Of a DNA stretch of 64,000 nt, positions 21,147 through 31,890 are shown piece by piece. Within the stretch, counting starts at the first letter, position 1; each line of letters opens with the position of its first letter. The notes beneath the pieces are model-generated. The model did not search any database. It had not been told where the DNA came from and saw only the letters and a program-made list of their open reading frames with translations. Origin of the DNA: an uncultured Phycisphaerales bacterium (GTDB lineage Bacteria; Planctomycetota; Phycisphaerae; Sedimentisphaerales; Anaerobacaceae); the NCBI GenBank assembly GCA_963772725.1, contig CAVYYI010000001.1:1088001-1152000 (forward strand). The letters run 5' to 3'. A program made the translations under genes and the position numbers.

Positions 21147-24100
21147 TCAGGATGTGCCTTTCAAGGCTTTCAGGCAATCCGGGCAAAAAAGTTGACCCGA
21201 ATCAATTTTGACCAAGTCGGATTCTTTAATATTGCTTCTGCCGCAGCATTCACAGGTACCTGTTTTCGTAACTTCTTTTACCGGCTCAACTAACGGCATT
21301 TTAACCTCTGCGGTCTGGTTGGCGGTCTGCTTAGCCTTATCGAGCTGCTCCCCGTAGTAATTGAGTTTTTGCTCCAACTCTATCATGATACCGCTTTGGG
21401 CATGGATTTTCTGCTCAGCTTCGGTTCTGGCTCGTACCTGTTCCTGAAGTTTTTCTTCGGTATCGGCCAGCGTGCGGCGAATTGTTTCGACTTCGTCCTG
21501 CCATTGTTCCTGAATTTTATTTAATTGCCGCTGAGAAGCGTTAATCTGCTCATGCAGTTGTGCGGTCATATTTTTTTCAGAAGTCAATCGTGATTCAATG
21601 CCCTGCCGGGAGTCGGACTCGATATTTGCCCTGCGTTCAAGCTCGGCGATTCGCTGAGTGCAGTCGCTGAGTTTCTTCTCAGAATCCGCTCTTGTTTGCC
21701 GCTCCTGTTTTATTAGAGATTCCGCTGCGATTCGGGCGTGAATCTGTTCGGTCAACTTTTGCTGAAGTTCAGCCATCTGGTCGCGGATTTCATTCAGTTT
21801 TTCCTCAGCCTGGAGTTTTGATTTCGCTTCAGATTCCGCCTGCCTTTCGGCGTGAGTAAGATTTTCGCCGAACTCTCTGATTTTATGTTTGGCGTTGGCT
21901 TTGGCCTGCTCAAGTGAAGCCTGATATTCTTTAATTTTCTCTTCCAGCTTCGCGCATCGAGCCAAAGTTTGCCGTTCAACTTCGGCTTTGACCATGGCAA
22001 TATTTTCCGCAGCTTGAGCCTCTATCTTCTCCTTTTGCGCAGCCAGCGAGTCGGCGGTCTCACTTTTGATTGCCGCGATAGAATCGGCATAGTGTCGGGC
22101 TTTTTCCTCGAGTTCGGATTTGATTTGCGCCCTTGCCTCGGCTGTCTCTATTTTTAGCATTGCTGTCTGATTCAGCAGGGTTTTTACTTCCTCCTGGGCG
22201 TCAAGGATGGCTTTGCCTTGAGCCTGGGCATGTGCTTCGGCCTTCTGTTTAGCCTCAATCTGAGCACACAACTGTTCTTTGAGGCGAGCAATACGTTCAG
22301 TTACAGCGACAACATGTTTTTCAGACTCAGTTCGTGCAAGACGTTCCGCATCAATTTGAGCAGAGGCCTGTTCAGATAACACCTTATATTTACTGATCTG
22401 TTCATCCTGTTTTGATTTAAATTCCGCCGATTCATTCGCAGCCTCACTTTTGAGTTGAGCAATTTTCTCAGCGGCTTTTGTCTCCGAGGTTTGATACAGG
22501 CTTGAGATTTCGGCGGCAGAATCACGCTGAATTTTAGCGATGGAATCAGCATACTCTTGAGCCTTATTTTCGAGCTGCGACTTAGCTTCCGCGATATTTT
22601 GCGAGGCCTCAATTTTGACCCGGGCGATTTGCTCTGTCAGGGAATTGACCTGCCGGTTCGCTTCGGTGGCCAATTGCTTTTGCTCTTCAATTTGTGATTG
22701 GGCTTTTTCAAGCAGGCTTTGATATTGCTGCTGTTTATTCTCAAATTGTGATTTAAGGGCGACAAGTTTTTCAGCGGCATCGGTCTTAATTTGGTCTATT
22801 TTTTGAGCAGTTTGAGCCTCCAGTTTTTGCTTTTCATCAGCAACAGTTTCAGCAATTCGGGCCTCGGCTTTTACCGCCATTTCGGCATATCTTACAGCTT
22901 TATCCTCAAGTTCGGATTTTACTTTCGCTACTGTTTCAGCGGCATCGGATTTAATAGAGGCAATCTGCTCAGCGGTCTCGACTTTGTTCCGGTTTAACTG
23001 TTCGGTCAAAGATTTAATTTCCTGCTGAGCCTGCGACATCATTTGCTTCAACTCCCTTGCCTGGGACTCAGCAATATTTTTAACTTCGGATAAAACCTTA
23101 CACTGCTCATCAAGCCTGGATAATTGTTCGCTGGCAAGTTTCAGCTTCTTTTCGACCTCGGCTCTGCGGATTGATTCGGATTCCGCTCGTACCTGTGCCT
23201 CCTCTCTCGAGGCTTGTTCGCCCTTCGTCCATGCTTTGGCAATAATCTTGGCCCTGCTTTCAGCCTGTGCAAAAGCTTTTTTCTCCACTTTTGCCTCTGC
23301 TTCTCGGATATCGGCATTATAATTTCTTACTTTTTCTTCCGCTTTTGTACGTCGCTGGATTTCAGTATCCAACTTGGTCTCGGATTCCTTAATCAGGCGA
23401 GTATATTCGTCGGCCTTAAGAGCCGACTGCGACTCAATTTTGCGAATTTCTTGTGCCGCGTCTGATTTTGCACGGGCGATTAAATTTTCAGTTTCGGCCT
23501 TATTCTTCTCTTTCTCAGCCAGAATAGCCTCCTGCGCTTCCGCCTTTGCTTTTATTATCGAATCAGCATAAGCGCAAGTTTTTAGCTCGAGTTCGGACCT
23601 AACTTTTGCCGTCGCTTCAGCAGCCTCGGTTTTAATAGAAGCAACCTGCTCGGCAGTATCAGCTTTGACCTGGTTTAACTGTTCTATCAAAGATTCAATT
23701 TCCTGCTGTGCCTGCGAACGAGTGTTTTGCTCGGCCTGAAGCTGTGCATGGATAACATCTTTTATTTTCGATTCAGCCTCAAGGCTTTGTTCTGTTTTAA
23801 TCAGTGCCGACTTAAGAGTTTGAATACTCTCGTTTGACTTAATCTTTAATTCGTTAAATTCAACCTCGACTGCGGTGAACTTTTCCTGAGTTTCTATTTT
23901 AGCCTGTGTTTCAGAGGCGAGACGCGACTGCTGTTCCTGAATCGTCGCATTGTATTGCCAGACCTTTTGTTCGGCGTCAGCTCTCGCCTGCCGTTCCGCT
24001 TTGAGTTGGTCTTCGGCTTTATGTAAGGTTTGCAGTTGGCTGCTTAACTGGTTCTCAAGCTGGGCGATATTTTCGCAAGCAGCCTGAAGTTTCAATTCAA

Positions 24101-27100
24101 CCTCGACTTTCTTCAGCTGTTCAACCTGATTTTTCTTCTCGGATTCATCGAGCAAAGCATCATATTCTCGTGCTTCCTCTTCAAGCTGTGACTGGAGTTT
24201 AGTAATCTCATCGGCAGCCTGCGACTTGATTTGAGCAATCATATCTGCGTTTTCGGCTGCCATTTTTTCTTTTTGCTCAGCCAATGCCTCGACTGCTTCA
24301 GTTTTTGCCCTGATTATAGAATCTGCGTAGTCTCTTGTCTTTTCCTCCAGTTCGGTTTTAACCTGAGCTACTTTTTCGGCAGCTTCCACGGTTGTTTGAG
24401 ATATCTGCTTAGACAGAGATTCAATTCTATTTCCGGCTTGAGTTAAAGCCTCTTTCTGCTCTTTTATTTGCTCTTCCAAATTAAGGCCGGCTTGAGTCTT
24501 ATTTTTTAACTGCTCTTCGAGCAAAGCAACTTGTTTTGCGGAATTTTGCAGCTCTTGCTCAATCAGGTTACGTGATTGTTTTTCCGATTCGGTTTTAAGT
24601 TCGGCCTGTTTTTGAAACGCACGATGTTCTTCTGTCTTTTCATCGAGCCTTGCCTTTAACTGTGCGACTTCATTTGATGCGTCCGCCTTAATAAGAGAAA
24701 TTTTTTCCGCGGTTTCAGCTTCATCTTTCTCTTTTTGAGCGGCTAACGCATTTTCAGTTTTAGCCTCCCATTTTTGACATTCAGCAGCGAGAGTTTCATC
24801 GGCTTTGGCCTCTGCCTTTATTATCGACTCAGCGTATGCCGCAGCCTTATCTTCAAGTTCTGATTTTACTTTCGCAACTGTTTCAGCAGCCTCGGATTTG
24901 ATTGAAGCAATCTGCTCGGCAGTCTCAATTCTCAAAAGATTTAACCGTTCTGTCAAAGATTTAATTTCCTGCTGAGCCTGCGAACGAGCGTTTTGCTCGG
25001 AATGAAGCTGAGCATAGATAATATCTTTTATTTTTGAATCAGCCTCAAGATTTTGCTCCGCTTTAATCAGCGATGTTTTAAGAGTTTGGATACTCTTGTC
25101 CGATTCATTGAGTAACGCATCGTATTCTTGCGATTCCTCTTCAATCTGTGACCGGAGTTTAGTAATCTCATCGGCGGCTTGTGACTTTATTTGGGCAATT
25201 GCATCCGCAGTTTCAGCGTTCATTTGTTCTTTTTGTTTAGCAAGTAGCTCAGAAGCTTCGGTTTTTGCCCTGATTATAGAATCTGCATAGTCCCTTGTTT
25301 TTTCCTCCAGTTCGGTTTTGACTTGAGCTACTTTTTCAGCCGCTTCCAAATTGGTCTGCGATATTTGCTTAATCAAAGATTCAATTTTATTTCCAGCCTG
25401 AGCTAAAGCATCTTTATGCTCTTTTATTTGCTCTTCTAAATTAAGGCCGGTTTGAGTCTTGTAATTTAACTGTTCTTCAAGCTGTTTAATTTGCAGCACG
25501 GCGTTATGCAGTTTCTGCTCTGTCTGAGAATGCAATTGCCTTTGCGATTCCGCTTTAACTTCAGCTTGCGCTTTAAATGCTTTATATTCTTTTGCCCCAT
25601 TCTCAATTAGCGTCTTTAGAATTGTAACCTCTTTTGAGGCCTCAGTTCTAATACGAGATATTTCTTCGGCGGTTGTGGTTTCGTATTTTTCTTTCTGTGC
25701 AGATAACGCATTGGCAATTTCAGTTTCCGATTTTTGTCGTTCGGCAGCGATGGTTTCAGTAATTCGAGCCTCGGCCTTTATTATCGACTCAGCGTATGCA
25801 GCAGCTTTATCTTCAAGTTCTGATTTTACTTTCGCAACTGTTTCAGCAGCTTCCACACTAGTCTGCGATACTTGCTTAGTCAAAGATTCAATTTTATTTC
25901 CAGCCTGAGCTAAAGCATCTTTATGCTCTTTTATTTGCTCTTCTAAATTAAGGCCGATCTGGGTTTTATGTCTTAACTGTTCTTCGAGCAAAGCAATTTG
26001 CTTAGCGGAATCCTGCAACTGCTGCTCAAGCTGGTCACGTGATTGTTTTTCAGATTCCGCTTTAGCTTCAGCCTGTTTCTGAAACGCTTGATGTTCTTCC
26101 GCCTTTTCTTCAAGTTGTGCTTTTAACCACGCAACCTCATTTAAAGCCTCAGTTTTGATATGAGAGATTTTCTCCGCGGTTTCGGTCTCGTATTTTTCTT
26201 TTTGCGCTGCTAACGCATGTGCTGATTCGGCCTGAGTTTTCACGAGCGATTCAGTGTAGTTTCTGGCTTTCGATTCCAATTCGGACTTCAGTTCCGCGAT
26301 GGTCATCGCGCTTTCCGCCTTTAATCCAGCCAATTGTTCAGAGTAAGACCGGATTTGGTTTTTCGTATCGGCCTCAAGTTCGGCCTTTTCGGCGGCAAGA
26401 TTATTGAACCTCTGTTCCGCCTGAACAAGCGATTCTTCTTGGTTTTTAGCCATTGCGGCGGCATTACTCTTTAACCGGTTTATTTCCCCAGTCTGCTCTT
26501 TAATTTTCCGTTCAGCCTCAAACCTCGCCCGTTCTTCAGAATTAATCGCATCCTCCGCTTTTGCCAGGGCTTCATTGAGTTCTATCGCCGTCTTTTCAGT
26601 TTGCGATTCTTTTTCGGCAAGTTGCTCTGTCAGGAGTTCCAATTGTTTTTGAGCCCGTGTCTTCTGCTCCGTTTCAAATCTCAGTCTTTCATCAATATCC
26701 TGAATAGCGCCACGGGAATCTTCCAGTGCCTCTTGCACCTGTTTATGTAAATCGCGTTCATCTTTGATTTGAGATTCCGCTTTGTGTTTGGCTTCAATCT
26801 CAATTTGCAACTGCTGCTCAAGCTTTGTAATATGCTCGATGGCGGCATCTATCTGCCTTTCGGCTTCACCCCTTAATTTCGCCTCGTACTTTGCCCTGTC
26901 TTGGGCCTCGATAACGGCATTTCTTTCGGCTCGAGTCTTTGCTTTGGCCTCCGCCTCGGCTTTTTTGCGGGCATCAGCGAGATTTTTTTTCTCCTCTTTC
27001 GCCTTCGCCTTTGCCTTATTGAAATTAACACACGGTACTAAAGGGTGAAAAGGCCAATGTTTTTCCCCGCATTTACTGCATGTTGGCACAAACCGATTAT

Positions 27101-27158
27101 CGCCGGAAGAACCCGATTCGGGTGAATTCTGCGTAACTTCCTGTCGCTCCATCACCAT
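21147..27158 (-). CDS. Giant (2003 aa) coiled-coil protein with internal repeats and terminal Zn-finger-like motifs
   Basis: E/K/A/Q-rich, almost Pro/Gly-free core; N-terminal CSKCGEKH...C; C-terminal CECC...FCPDC; AGGAG RBS. Confidence 0.9.
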   Translation of the reverse strand: MVMERQEVTQNSPESGSSGDNRFVPTCSKCGEKHWPFHPLVPCVNFNKAKAKAKEEKKNLADARKKAEAEAKAKTRAERNAVIEAQDRAKYEAKLRGEAERQIDAAIEHITKLEQQLQIEIEAKHKAESQIKDERDLHKQVQEALEDSRGAIQDIDERLRFETEQKTRAQKQLELLTEQLAEKESQTEKTAIELNEALAKAEDAINSEERARFEAERKIKEQTGEINRLKSNAAAMAKNQEESLVQAEQRFNNLAAEKAELEADTKNQIRSYSEQLAGLKAESAMTIAELKSELESKARNYTESLVKTQAESAHALAAQKEKYETETAEKISHIKTEALNEVAWLKAQLEEKAEEHQAFQKQAEAKAESEKQSRDQLEQQLQDSAKQIALLEEQLRHKTQIGLNLEEQIKEHKDALAQAGNKIESLTKQVSQTSVEAAETVAKVKSELEDKAAAYAESIIKAEARITETIAAERQKSETEIANALSAQKEKYETTTAEEISRIRTEASKEVTILKTLIENGAKEYKAFKAQAEVKAESQRQLHSQTEQKLHNAVLQIKQLEEQLNYKTQTGLNLEEQIKEHKDALAQAGNKIESLIKQISQTNLEAAEKVAQVKTELEEKTRDYADSIIRAKTEASELLAKQKEQMNAETADAIAQIKSQAADEITKLRSQIEEESQEYDALLNESDKSIQTLKTSLIKAEQNLEADSKIKDIIYAQLHSEQNARSQAQQEIKSLTERLNLLRIETAEQIASIKSEAAETVAKVKSELEDKAAAYAESIIKAEAKADETLAAECQKWEAKTENALAAQKEKDEAETAEKISLIKADASNEVAQLKARLDEKTEEHRAFQKQAELKTESEKQSRNLIEQELQNSAKQVALLEEQLKNKTQAGLNLEEQIKEQKEALTQAGNRIESLSKQISQTTVEAAEKVAQVKTELEEKTRDYADSIIRAKTEAVEALAEQKEKMAAENADMIAQIKSQAADEITKLQSQLEEEAREYDALLDESEKKNQVEQLKKVEVELKLQAACENIAQLENQLSSQLQTLHKAEDQLKAERQARADAEQKVWQYNATIQEQQSRLASETQAKIETQEKFTAVEVEFNELKIKSNESIQTLKSALIKTEQSLEAESKIKDVIHAQLQAEQNTRSQAQQEIESLIEQLNQVKADTAEQVASIKTEAAEATAKVRSELELKTCAYADSIIKAKAEAQEAILAEKEKNKAETENLIARAKSDAAQEIRKIESQSALKADEYTRLIKESETKLDTEIQRRTKAEEKVRNYNADIREAEAKVEKKAFAQAESRAKIIAKAWTKGEQASREEAQVRAESESIRRAEVEKKLKLASEQLSRLDEQCKVLSEVKNIAESQARELKQMMSQAQQEIKSLTEQLNRNKVETAEQIASIKSDAAETVAKVKSELEDKAVRYAEMAVKAEARIAETVADEKQKLEAQTAQKIDQIKTDAAEKLVALKSQFENKQQQYQSLLEKAQSQIEEQKQLATEANRQVNSLTEQIARVKIEASQNIAEAKSQLENKAQEYADSIAKIQRDSAAEISSLYQTSETKAAEKIAQLKSEAANESAEFKSKQDEQISKYKVLSEQASAQIDAERLARTESEKHVVAVTERIARLKEQLCAQIEAKQKAEAHAQAQGKAILDAQEEVKTLLNQTAMLKIETAEARAQIKSELEEKARHYADSIAAIKSETADSLAAQKEKIEAQAAENIAMVKAEVERQTLARCAKLEEKIKEYQASLEQAKANAKHKIREFGENLTHAERQAESEAKSKLQAEEKLNEIRDQMAELQQKLTEQIHARIAAESLIKQERQTRADSEKKLSDCTQRIAELERRANIESDSRQGIESRLTSEKNMTAQLHEQINASQRQLNKIQEQWQDEVETIRRTLADTEEKLQEQVRARTEAEQKIHAQSGIMIELEQKLNYYGEQLDKAKQTANQTAEVKMPLVEPVKEVTKTGTCECCGRSNIKESDLVKIDSGQLFCPDCLKALKGTS

Positions 27159-27292
27159 AGACTCCTATTTTTAGCTTCAAATAACAGGCTCAGAAGTTTT
27201 CCCCGTAGCCTGTTGTTTTTCTTATTGCACTATTGTAAGACTATAGTAACAGGTGGAGTTTTTTTCAAGCACGTAATTCCAAACAATCTATT

Positions 27293-28123
27293 TTATTTCA
27301 AATCGAATAATGAGTTATCCATCGGCTTAAACCAGCCCAAATCCATATTTGCGGCCTTGAAACCATTTGGGTAAAGGCCGTTATAAGGAGCCATTTTTTC
27401 CGAACCGACGTGGCCGTCTGCCCAACCGATATTGGCACGGCCTCTATGCCTGAAGTGAATCGAGGGCGATGGGTCCCACGCCGGGTCTGGATTTCCGTTA
27501 ATCACGAAATATCGCGGCTCAGCAAATGAGTATTCTATATAATTACCCTGCTTGTGCATCGCGACATCAGCAAACATCAAAGTCCTGGCAGGATGAGTAA
27601 CCTGCGAAGCTTTGGCGGTTATTTTGCAGCTTGAGTCTTCATAGCCGTTTATCCATATCCTTGAGCCGATGTATATCATATTATAACCATAGCCGCTGCT
27701 GCCCTGGTCGTATTGAGGTTCAGCTGGTTCCATTTTTACAAAATTGACCTTCGCGGAACACTTCAGCTTTCCGCCCCCGCAATGCGATGCCAAAGGCCCG
27801 CGGGTTGTATCGAACGGACTGTTAATATTGTCGCGCAGGCCATACCATCGCTGTCTGTTAGTGGTAAAAATGTCTGACGCAGCAGGAACATAACCGCCTT
27901 CGTTATCCCCTGCATAACTGGTATTGGCAATAAGAAGCTGGCGAATATTGCTTTCGCAGAGCATCTGTCTGCCCCGCGACCTTGTAATATTCAGCACCGG
28001 TATCAAAATCCCCGCCAACAGCGAAATAATAGCCATAACTATCAGCAGTTCTATCAGGGTAAAAGCTGTCGCGTATTGACTCTTTACTGTCCGAGAGTAC
28101 CTTGTATTAATTTTATTAACCAC
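27293..28123 (-). CDS. Prepilin-type N-terminal cleavage/methylation protein with H-X9-DG motif
   Basis: AFTLIELLIVMAIISLLAGILIP...C-x-SNIRQ; C-terminal RHRGRANIGWADGH; start uncertain (overlaps the ECF gene). Confidence 0.9.
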   Translation of the reverse strand: MVNKINTRYSRTVKSQYATAFTLIELLIVMAIISLLAGILIPVLNITRSRGRQMLCESNIRQLLIANTSYAGDNEGGYVPAASDIFTTNRQRWYGLRDNINSPFDTTRGPLASHCGGGKLKCSAKVNFVKMEPAEPQYDQGSSGYGYNMIYIGSRIWINGYEDSSCKITAKASQVTHPARTLMFADVAMHKQGNYIEYSFAEPRYFVINGNPDPAWDPSPSIHFRHRGRANIGWADGHVGSEKMAPYNGLYPNGFKAANMDLGWFKPMDNSLFDLK

Positions 28124-30078
28124 GATAAACCAATATTGTCTTTGTAAACTTTTTTTGGGGCGTTTATTTTTTCTGGCTCTGCAAATTCATCGCCCAAATT
28201 CTCAACTTCGTCGAGGTACGTAAAATCCAGATATGCCAGTCCGCTATTTTCGGTACTGTCGTTAATCTGGAACTCTATTTTTTTGACTAAATCTTTATCG
28301 ATATTAATTGTATAGATAATCTGAGGTTGCCCCTGACCTGTTTGACCGAACATTGTAACTCTCGCTTCTTCATCACCGCCGCCGGTTTTTGATTCTAACT
28401 TTCCGGTGCTGAACCTTATTTTTCGCTCAACAGCGTCTCTTCGGACTATATCTATTGTGTTCATACCCATCCACGGTCTGGACAATCCCTTAAAAAAAGC
28501 GCCCGCCGGATAAGCCGCGAGGACTTTCCCATCTGCAGTTGTCAAATACGCTCCGGATGGCCGGTCAATAATGATGAGTCTATTACCAATATTCAGTTTC
28601 AACCACGGCGGATGCTCAATTCCAGCATTATAAACAAACGGAATCCGTCCCCAGCCCTCGACATTGTCCTGACCGATTTGGCCGGTAACTCGAAAGAACG
28701 TCCATCCCCGCTTATGCATCGTGTCTCTCTGGTCGATTATGGGCGTATCCGCCGGCCAGCGGTGTCGGAAAGATTCAAAGGTTTTTTCGTTCAGATTATT
28801 ATATGAAATATTGGACTTGAAGTTTTGAGCGTTATAAAAACGATTGTCCATGGCGCCGACAAGCAGTCCTGTCAGCGAATCGCGTATATACTTAACTCCT
28901 GTTATTTTACCTTCGATCTGGTCGAGAAAATCTGTGAATTCCTGTGTGTCTGCGGGCAGACGTCGGGTATTTAGGTCTCGCAGTGGTAGATGGCCGTTAT
29001 ATAAATAAATCTTTTTTTCGCCCGAATGATAATAGTAATTCCCGCTGCCGTTCTGGAGCCAGCCGCAGAGTTTTGTTTTCTGACTCGGGTCCCATCTTTG
29101 CATCATCATAAACAGCGGACCGTCAATACCCTCCGGGAAATAATACCACTGTTCATAAGCCCCTTTACTAAGGCTGCGACCGTGCGCGAGATTTAAATTT
29201 GTGATTTTTGTTTTGTCCCAGGCCTGTTCAACATAATGAAAACTTTTAACTTCGGACCTTTTCGGCAACCAGATATAGGAGACGCTATTATCCATTGGAC
29301 GTAGCGACATAATCCCGCCTAATGCGAGAACAGCGGCAAAGAAGATTGTCGCGATAGTTAACCAAAGATGAACGCTCGCGGCACCGACAACCGCAGCAGC
29401 AGTACTTACTTTTGTCACAGCGGCAGGCACGGTGGATGAGACGGAATTGGACGGCGCGGTCATTTTACCAAACAATCCAATTACCATAGGCAACGCCGCG
29501 TTCCCGAAACCGAGCTTCAATAGTTTCTGTTTTAGCGAATGCTTTGCCCGGTAGAACATTATTTGGGCGTTAAACTTACTGCAGCCGACAATCTCGCTGA
29601 TTTCAGAGTAAGACAGTTCATCGAAACAACGCAGAATTAAAAGATTCCGATGTTTAAGCTTCAATTCCTTGATAACGTCAAGTATGACCTGCGTCCGCTC
29701 CTTGTCTATCAGGTTTTCCAGTTCATTACCATGCGTTCCGATGGCCTGCTGTGTCAAATATTTTTCCTTAAATATATATTTTTGCTGGTGCTTCGATTCG
29801 TTCTGTCGATCCCTGAAATGGTGCTGCGCCTTACTTAACGCTGTCCGGTACAGCCAGGGCCAGAAACTTTCAGGATTTTTCAGTTTATTCAGAGAGCTAA
29901 CCATTTCCAGCAAGGTCTCCTGTTGAAGGTCGTCAGTCAATGAATGATTCAGCGTCAAACGGTAAATATAGGCATAAAGTCTCCCCTGAACCAGTTGGGC
30001 CAGACTGTCCATACTCCGCTGACAGCCAAGCTGGGCCTGTTTGACCAAATCCGAATAATTTACTGTTTCGTTATTCAC
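28084..30078 (-). CDS. ECF sigma factor fused to a TM helix and a large extracytoplasmic domain
   Basis: Sigma2 (DDLQQETLL...FWPWLYRTA), sigma4 (LSYSEISEIVG...FYRAKHSL), TM LWLTIATIFFAAVLALGGI, about 400-aa C-terminal domain. Confidence 0.88.
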   Translation of the reverse strand: MNNETVNYSDLVKQAQLGCQRSMDSLAQLVQGRLYAYIYRLTLNHSLTDDLQQETLLEMVSSLNKLKNPESFWPWLYRTALSKAQHHFRDRQNESKHQQKYIFKEKYLTQQAIGTHGNELENLIDKERTQVILDVIKELKLKHRNLLILRCFDELSYSEISEIVGCSKFNAQIMFYRAKHSLKQKLLKLGFGNAALPMVIGLFGKMTAPSNSVSSTVPAAVTKVSTAAAVVGAASVHLWLTIATIFFAAVLALGGIMSLRPMDNSVSYIWLPKRSEVKSFHYVEQAWDKTKITNLNLAHGRSLSKGAYEQWYYFPEGIDGPLFMMMQRWDPSQKTKLCGWLQNGSGNYYYHSGEKKIYLYNGHLPLRDLNTRRLPADTQEFTDFLDQIEGKITGVKYIRDSLTGLLVGAMDNRFYNAQNFKSNISYNNLNEKTFESFRHRWPADTPIIDQRDTMHKRGWTFFRVTGQIGQDNVEGWGRIPFVYNAGIEHPPWLKLNIGNRLIIIDRPSGAYLTTADGKVLAAYPAGAFFKGLSRPWMGMNTIDIVRRDAVERKIRFSTGKLESKTGGGDEEARVTMFGQTGQGQPQIIYTINIDKDLVKKIEFQINDSTENSGLAYLDFTYLDEVENLGDEFAEPEKINAPKKVYKDNIGLSWLIKLIQGTLGQ

Positions 30079-30313
30079 ATGGTTTATCCATCTGATATAT
30101 TAGTCCAATATCCCGGGCTTTTCTTACACTTTTTTTAAAAAAAATTCGTAAATTTTCCGTTTCGCGACAAAAAAAACGATGGACTTTTTTCAAGTCTTTA
30201 TCGTATAACGACTTATGGAAATATCATGGCTTGTTTTGGCAGAAAAATTTTTATTGTAATCTTCTGAAAAGCTGGTATCATATTATGTTTTATGTACTTA
30301 GGAGAATTGAGTT

Positions 30314-30550
30314 ATGAAAGAAAATATTCATCCGGCTTATAACAAAGTAGTGGTTCACTGCGGTTGCGGCAACACGTTCGAGACCAGCAGCACGGTGAAA
30401 GAAATCCACGCTGAAATTTGCTCAGCGTGCCATCCGTTCTATACCGGCAAGCAGAAATACGTTGACACCGCCGGCAGAATCGAACGCTTCCAGAAAAAAT
30501 ACGGCCAAGACTACTTCAAAAAGGCCGAAAAAGACCAAAAGAAGAAATAG
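30314..30550 (+). CDS. rpmE: 50S ribosomal protein L31 (Zn-binding type)
   Basis: MKENIHPAY...CGCG...[13 protein letters not shown]. Confidence 0.97.
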   Translation: MKENIHPAYNKVVVHCGCGNTFETSSTVKEIHAEICSACHPFYTGKQKYVDTAGRIERFQKKYGQDYFKKAEKDQKKK

Positions 30551-30572
30551 CTTACTTTTCAAACACATCCAG

Positions 30573-30609
30573 GCTCTGATTTTGATTCCCTCAGAATCAG
30601 AGCTTTTTT
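30573..30609 (+). terminator. Intrinsic terminator after rpmE
   Basis: GCTCTGATTTTGA-ttccc-TCAGAATCAGAGC followed by TTTTTT. Confidence 0.7.
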
Positions 30610-30654
30610 GTTTGCGGCGTTTTATAATTTAGCAGGCGTGGGAAACACATATTT

Positions 30655-31746
30655 ATGGCAGAAAAAGCACACGAAACATTTCTGGCGAAACTTGAGGAAA
30701 TCGACAATCGTTACAGCGAGATTGAAAAGCAGATGTCTGACCCCTCTGTAACATGCGACCCGAACAAGCTCATCTCGCTGAGCAAAGAACAGGGCAAACT
30801 TAAAAATATTGTCAGCAAATACCGGAACTATAAAAAAGTCACCGCAGGCATAGCTGAATCGCAGGATATTCTCAAGGATACCGCTGCCGACGGAGAGATG
30901 AAACAAATGGCCGAAGAAGAAACCGCCAAGCTTGAGATTGAACAAAAGGGTTTGCTTGAAGAACTCCAGAATAAGTTCCTGACCGCCGATGATGACGCGA
31001 TAAACTCGGTGATAATGGAGATTCGCGCGGGTACCGGCGGCGACGAGGCTGCCCTGTTCGCACGGGATTTGTACGAAATGTACACCAGATACGCTGAAAC
31101 CAGAGGATGGAAAGTTGAATCAATGGATTTCAGCCCGACCGAAAGAGGCGGCTTTCGTGAAGTAATATTGAGCATAAAAGGACAGGGGGTCTGGTCGGAA
31201 CTCGGCTATGAGGGCGGAGGACATCGTGTTCAGCGTGTGCCGGAAACCGAGACGCAGGGACGCATTCACACATCAGCGGCAACGGTGGCGGTGCTGCCTG
31301 AGCCGGAAGAAGTGGATATTAAAATCGACCCGAAAGATGTCGTCGAACATGTCAGCAGAGCAGGAGGTCCTGGCGGGCAAAATGTAAACAAGGTCAGCAG
31401 TGCCATCAGGCTTGAGCATGTTCCTACCGGTATCTGTGTTAATATGCGCGAGGAGAGAAGCCAGCACAAGAACCGCGACAAGGCCTGGCGTGTGCTGCGA
31501 AGCAGACTTTATGAACAGACTACGAGGCAAAAACAGGCGGAGCGGGATTCAAAACGAAAGACCATGATAGGCTCGGGCGACAGGAGCGAGAAAATCAGAA
31601 CGTATAATTTCCCGCAAAACCGCGTAACAGACCACAGAATTAACTTGTCGCTTTATAATCTTGACAGGATAATGATGGGCCAACTCGGCGAAGTTATCGC
31701 AGCTTTAAGAGAGTATGATAGGCAGCAGCGATTAAAGAACCTGTAA
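30655..31746 (+). CDS. prfA: Peptide chain release factor 1
   Basis: [20 protein letters not shown] (PxT motif), [23 protein letters not shown]. Confidence 0.97.
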   Translation: MAEKAHETFLAKLEEIDNRYSEIEKQMSDPSVTCDPNKLISLSKEQGKLKNIVSKYRNYKKVTAGIAESQDILKDTAADGEMKQMAEEETAKLEIEQKGLLEELQNKFLTADDDAINSVIMEIRAGTGGDEAALFARDLYEMYTRYAETRGWKVESMDFSPTERGGFREVILSIKGQGVWSELGYEGGGHRVQRVPETETQGRIHTSAATVAVLPEPEEVDIKIDPKDVVEHVSRAGGPGGQNVNKVSSAIRLEHVPTGICVNMREERSQHKNRDKAWRVLRSRLYEQTTRQKQAERDSKRKTMIGSGDRSEKIRTYNFPQNRVTDHRINLSLYNLDRIMMGQLGEVIAALREYDRQQRLKNL

Positions 31747-31791
31747 AATAGGCAAAATTAACAAAGCCCCGACCGTGAGGCAGGGGAAAAA

Positions 31792-31880
31792 TTAGCCACG
31801 AATGAACACGAATAAACACAAGTTTTATTTATTTCTGCACTCTTGCGGTAAAATATTTTGAATTTTGATTTTTAGTTTTT
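31792..31880. repeat. Short-tandem-repeat arrays (10-bp CACGAAT units plus 7-mer TTTTGA units)
   Basis: TTAGC-CACGAATGAA-CACGAATAAA-CAC (nearly identical to 18917-18944), then ATTTTGAATTTTGATTTTTAGTTTTT. Confidence 0.75.
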
Positions 31881-31890
31881 GATATTTCTT

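Noticed and set aside
21147..27158. Giant protein as SMC or phage tape measure
   Set aside because: No Walker A/B, signature or hinge motifs, and no phage genes nearby
30655..31746. Release factor 2 with programmed frameshift
   Set aside because: Continuous ORF with a PxT-type motif (PET) and rpmE linkage, i.e. RF1
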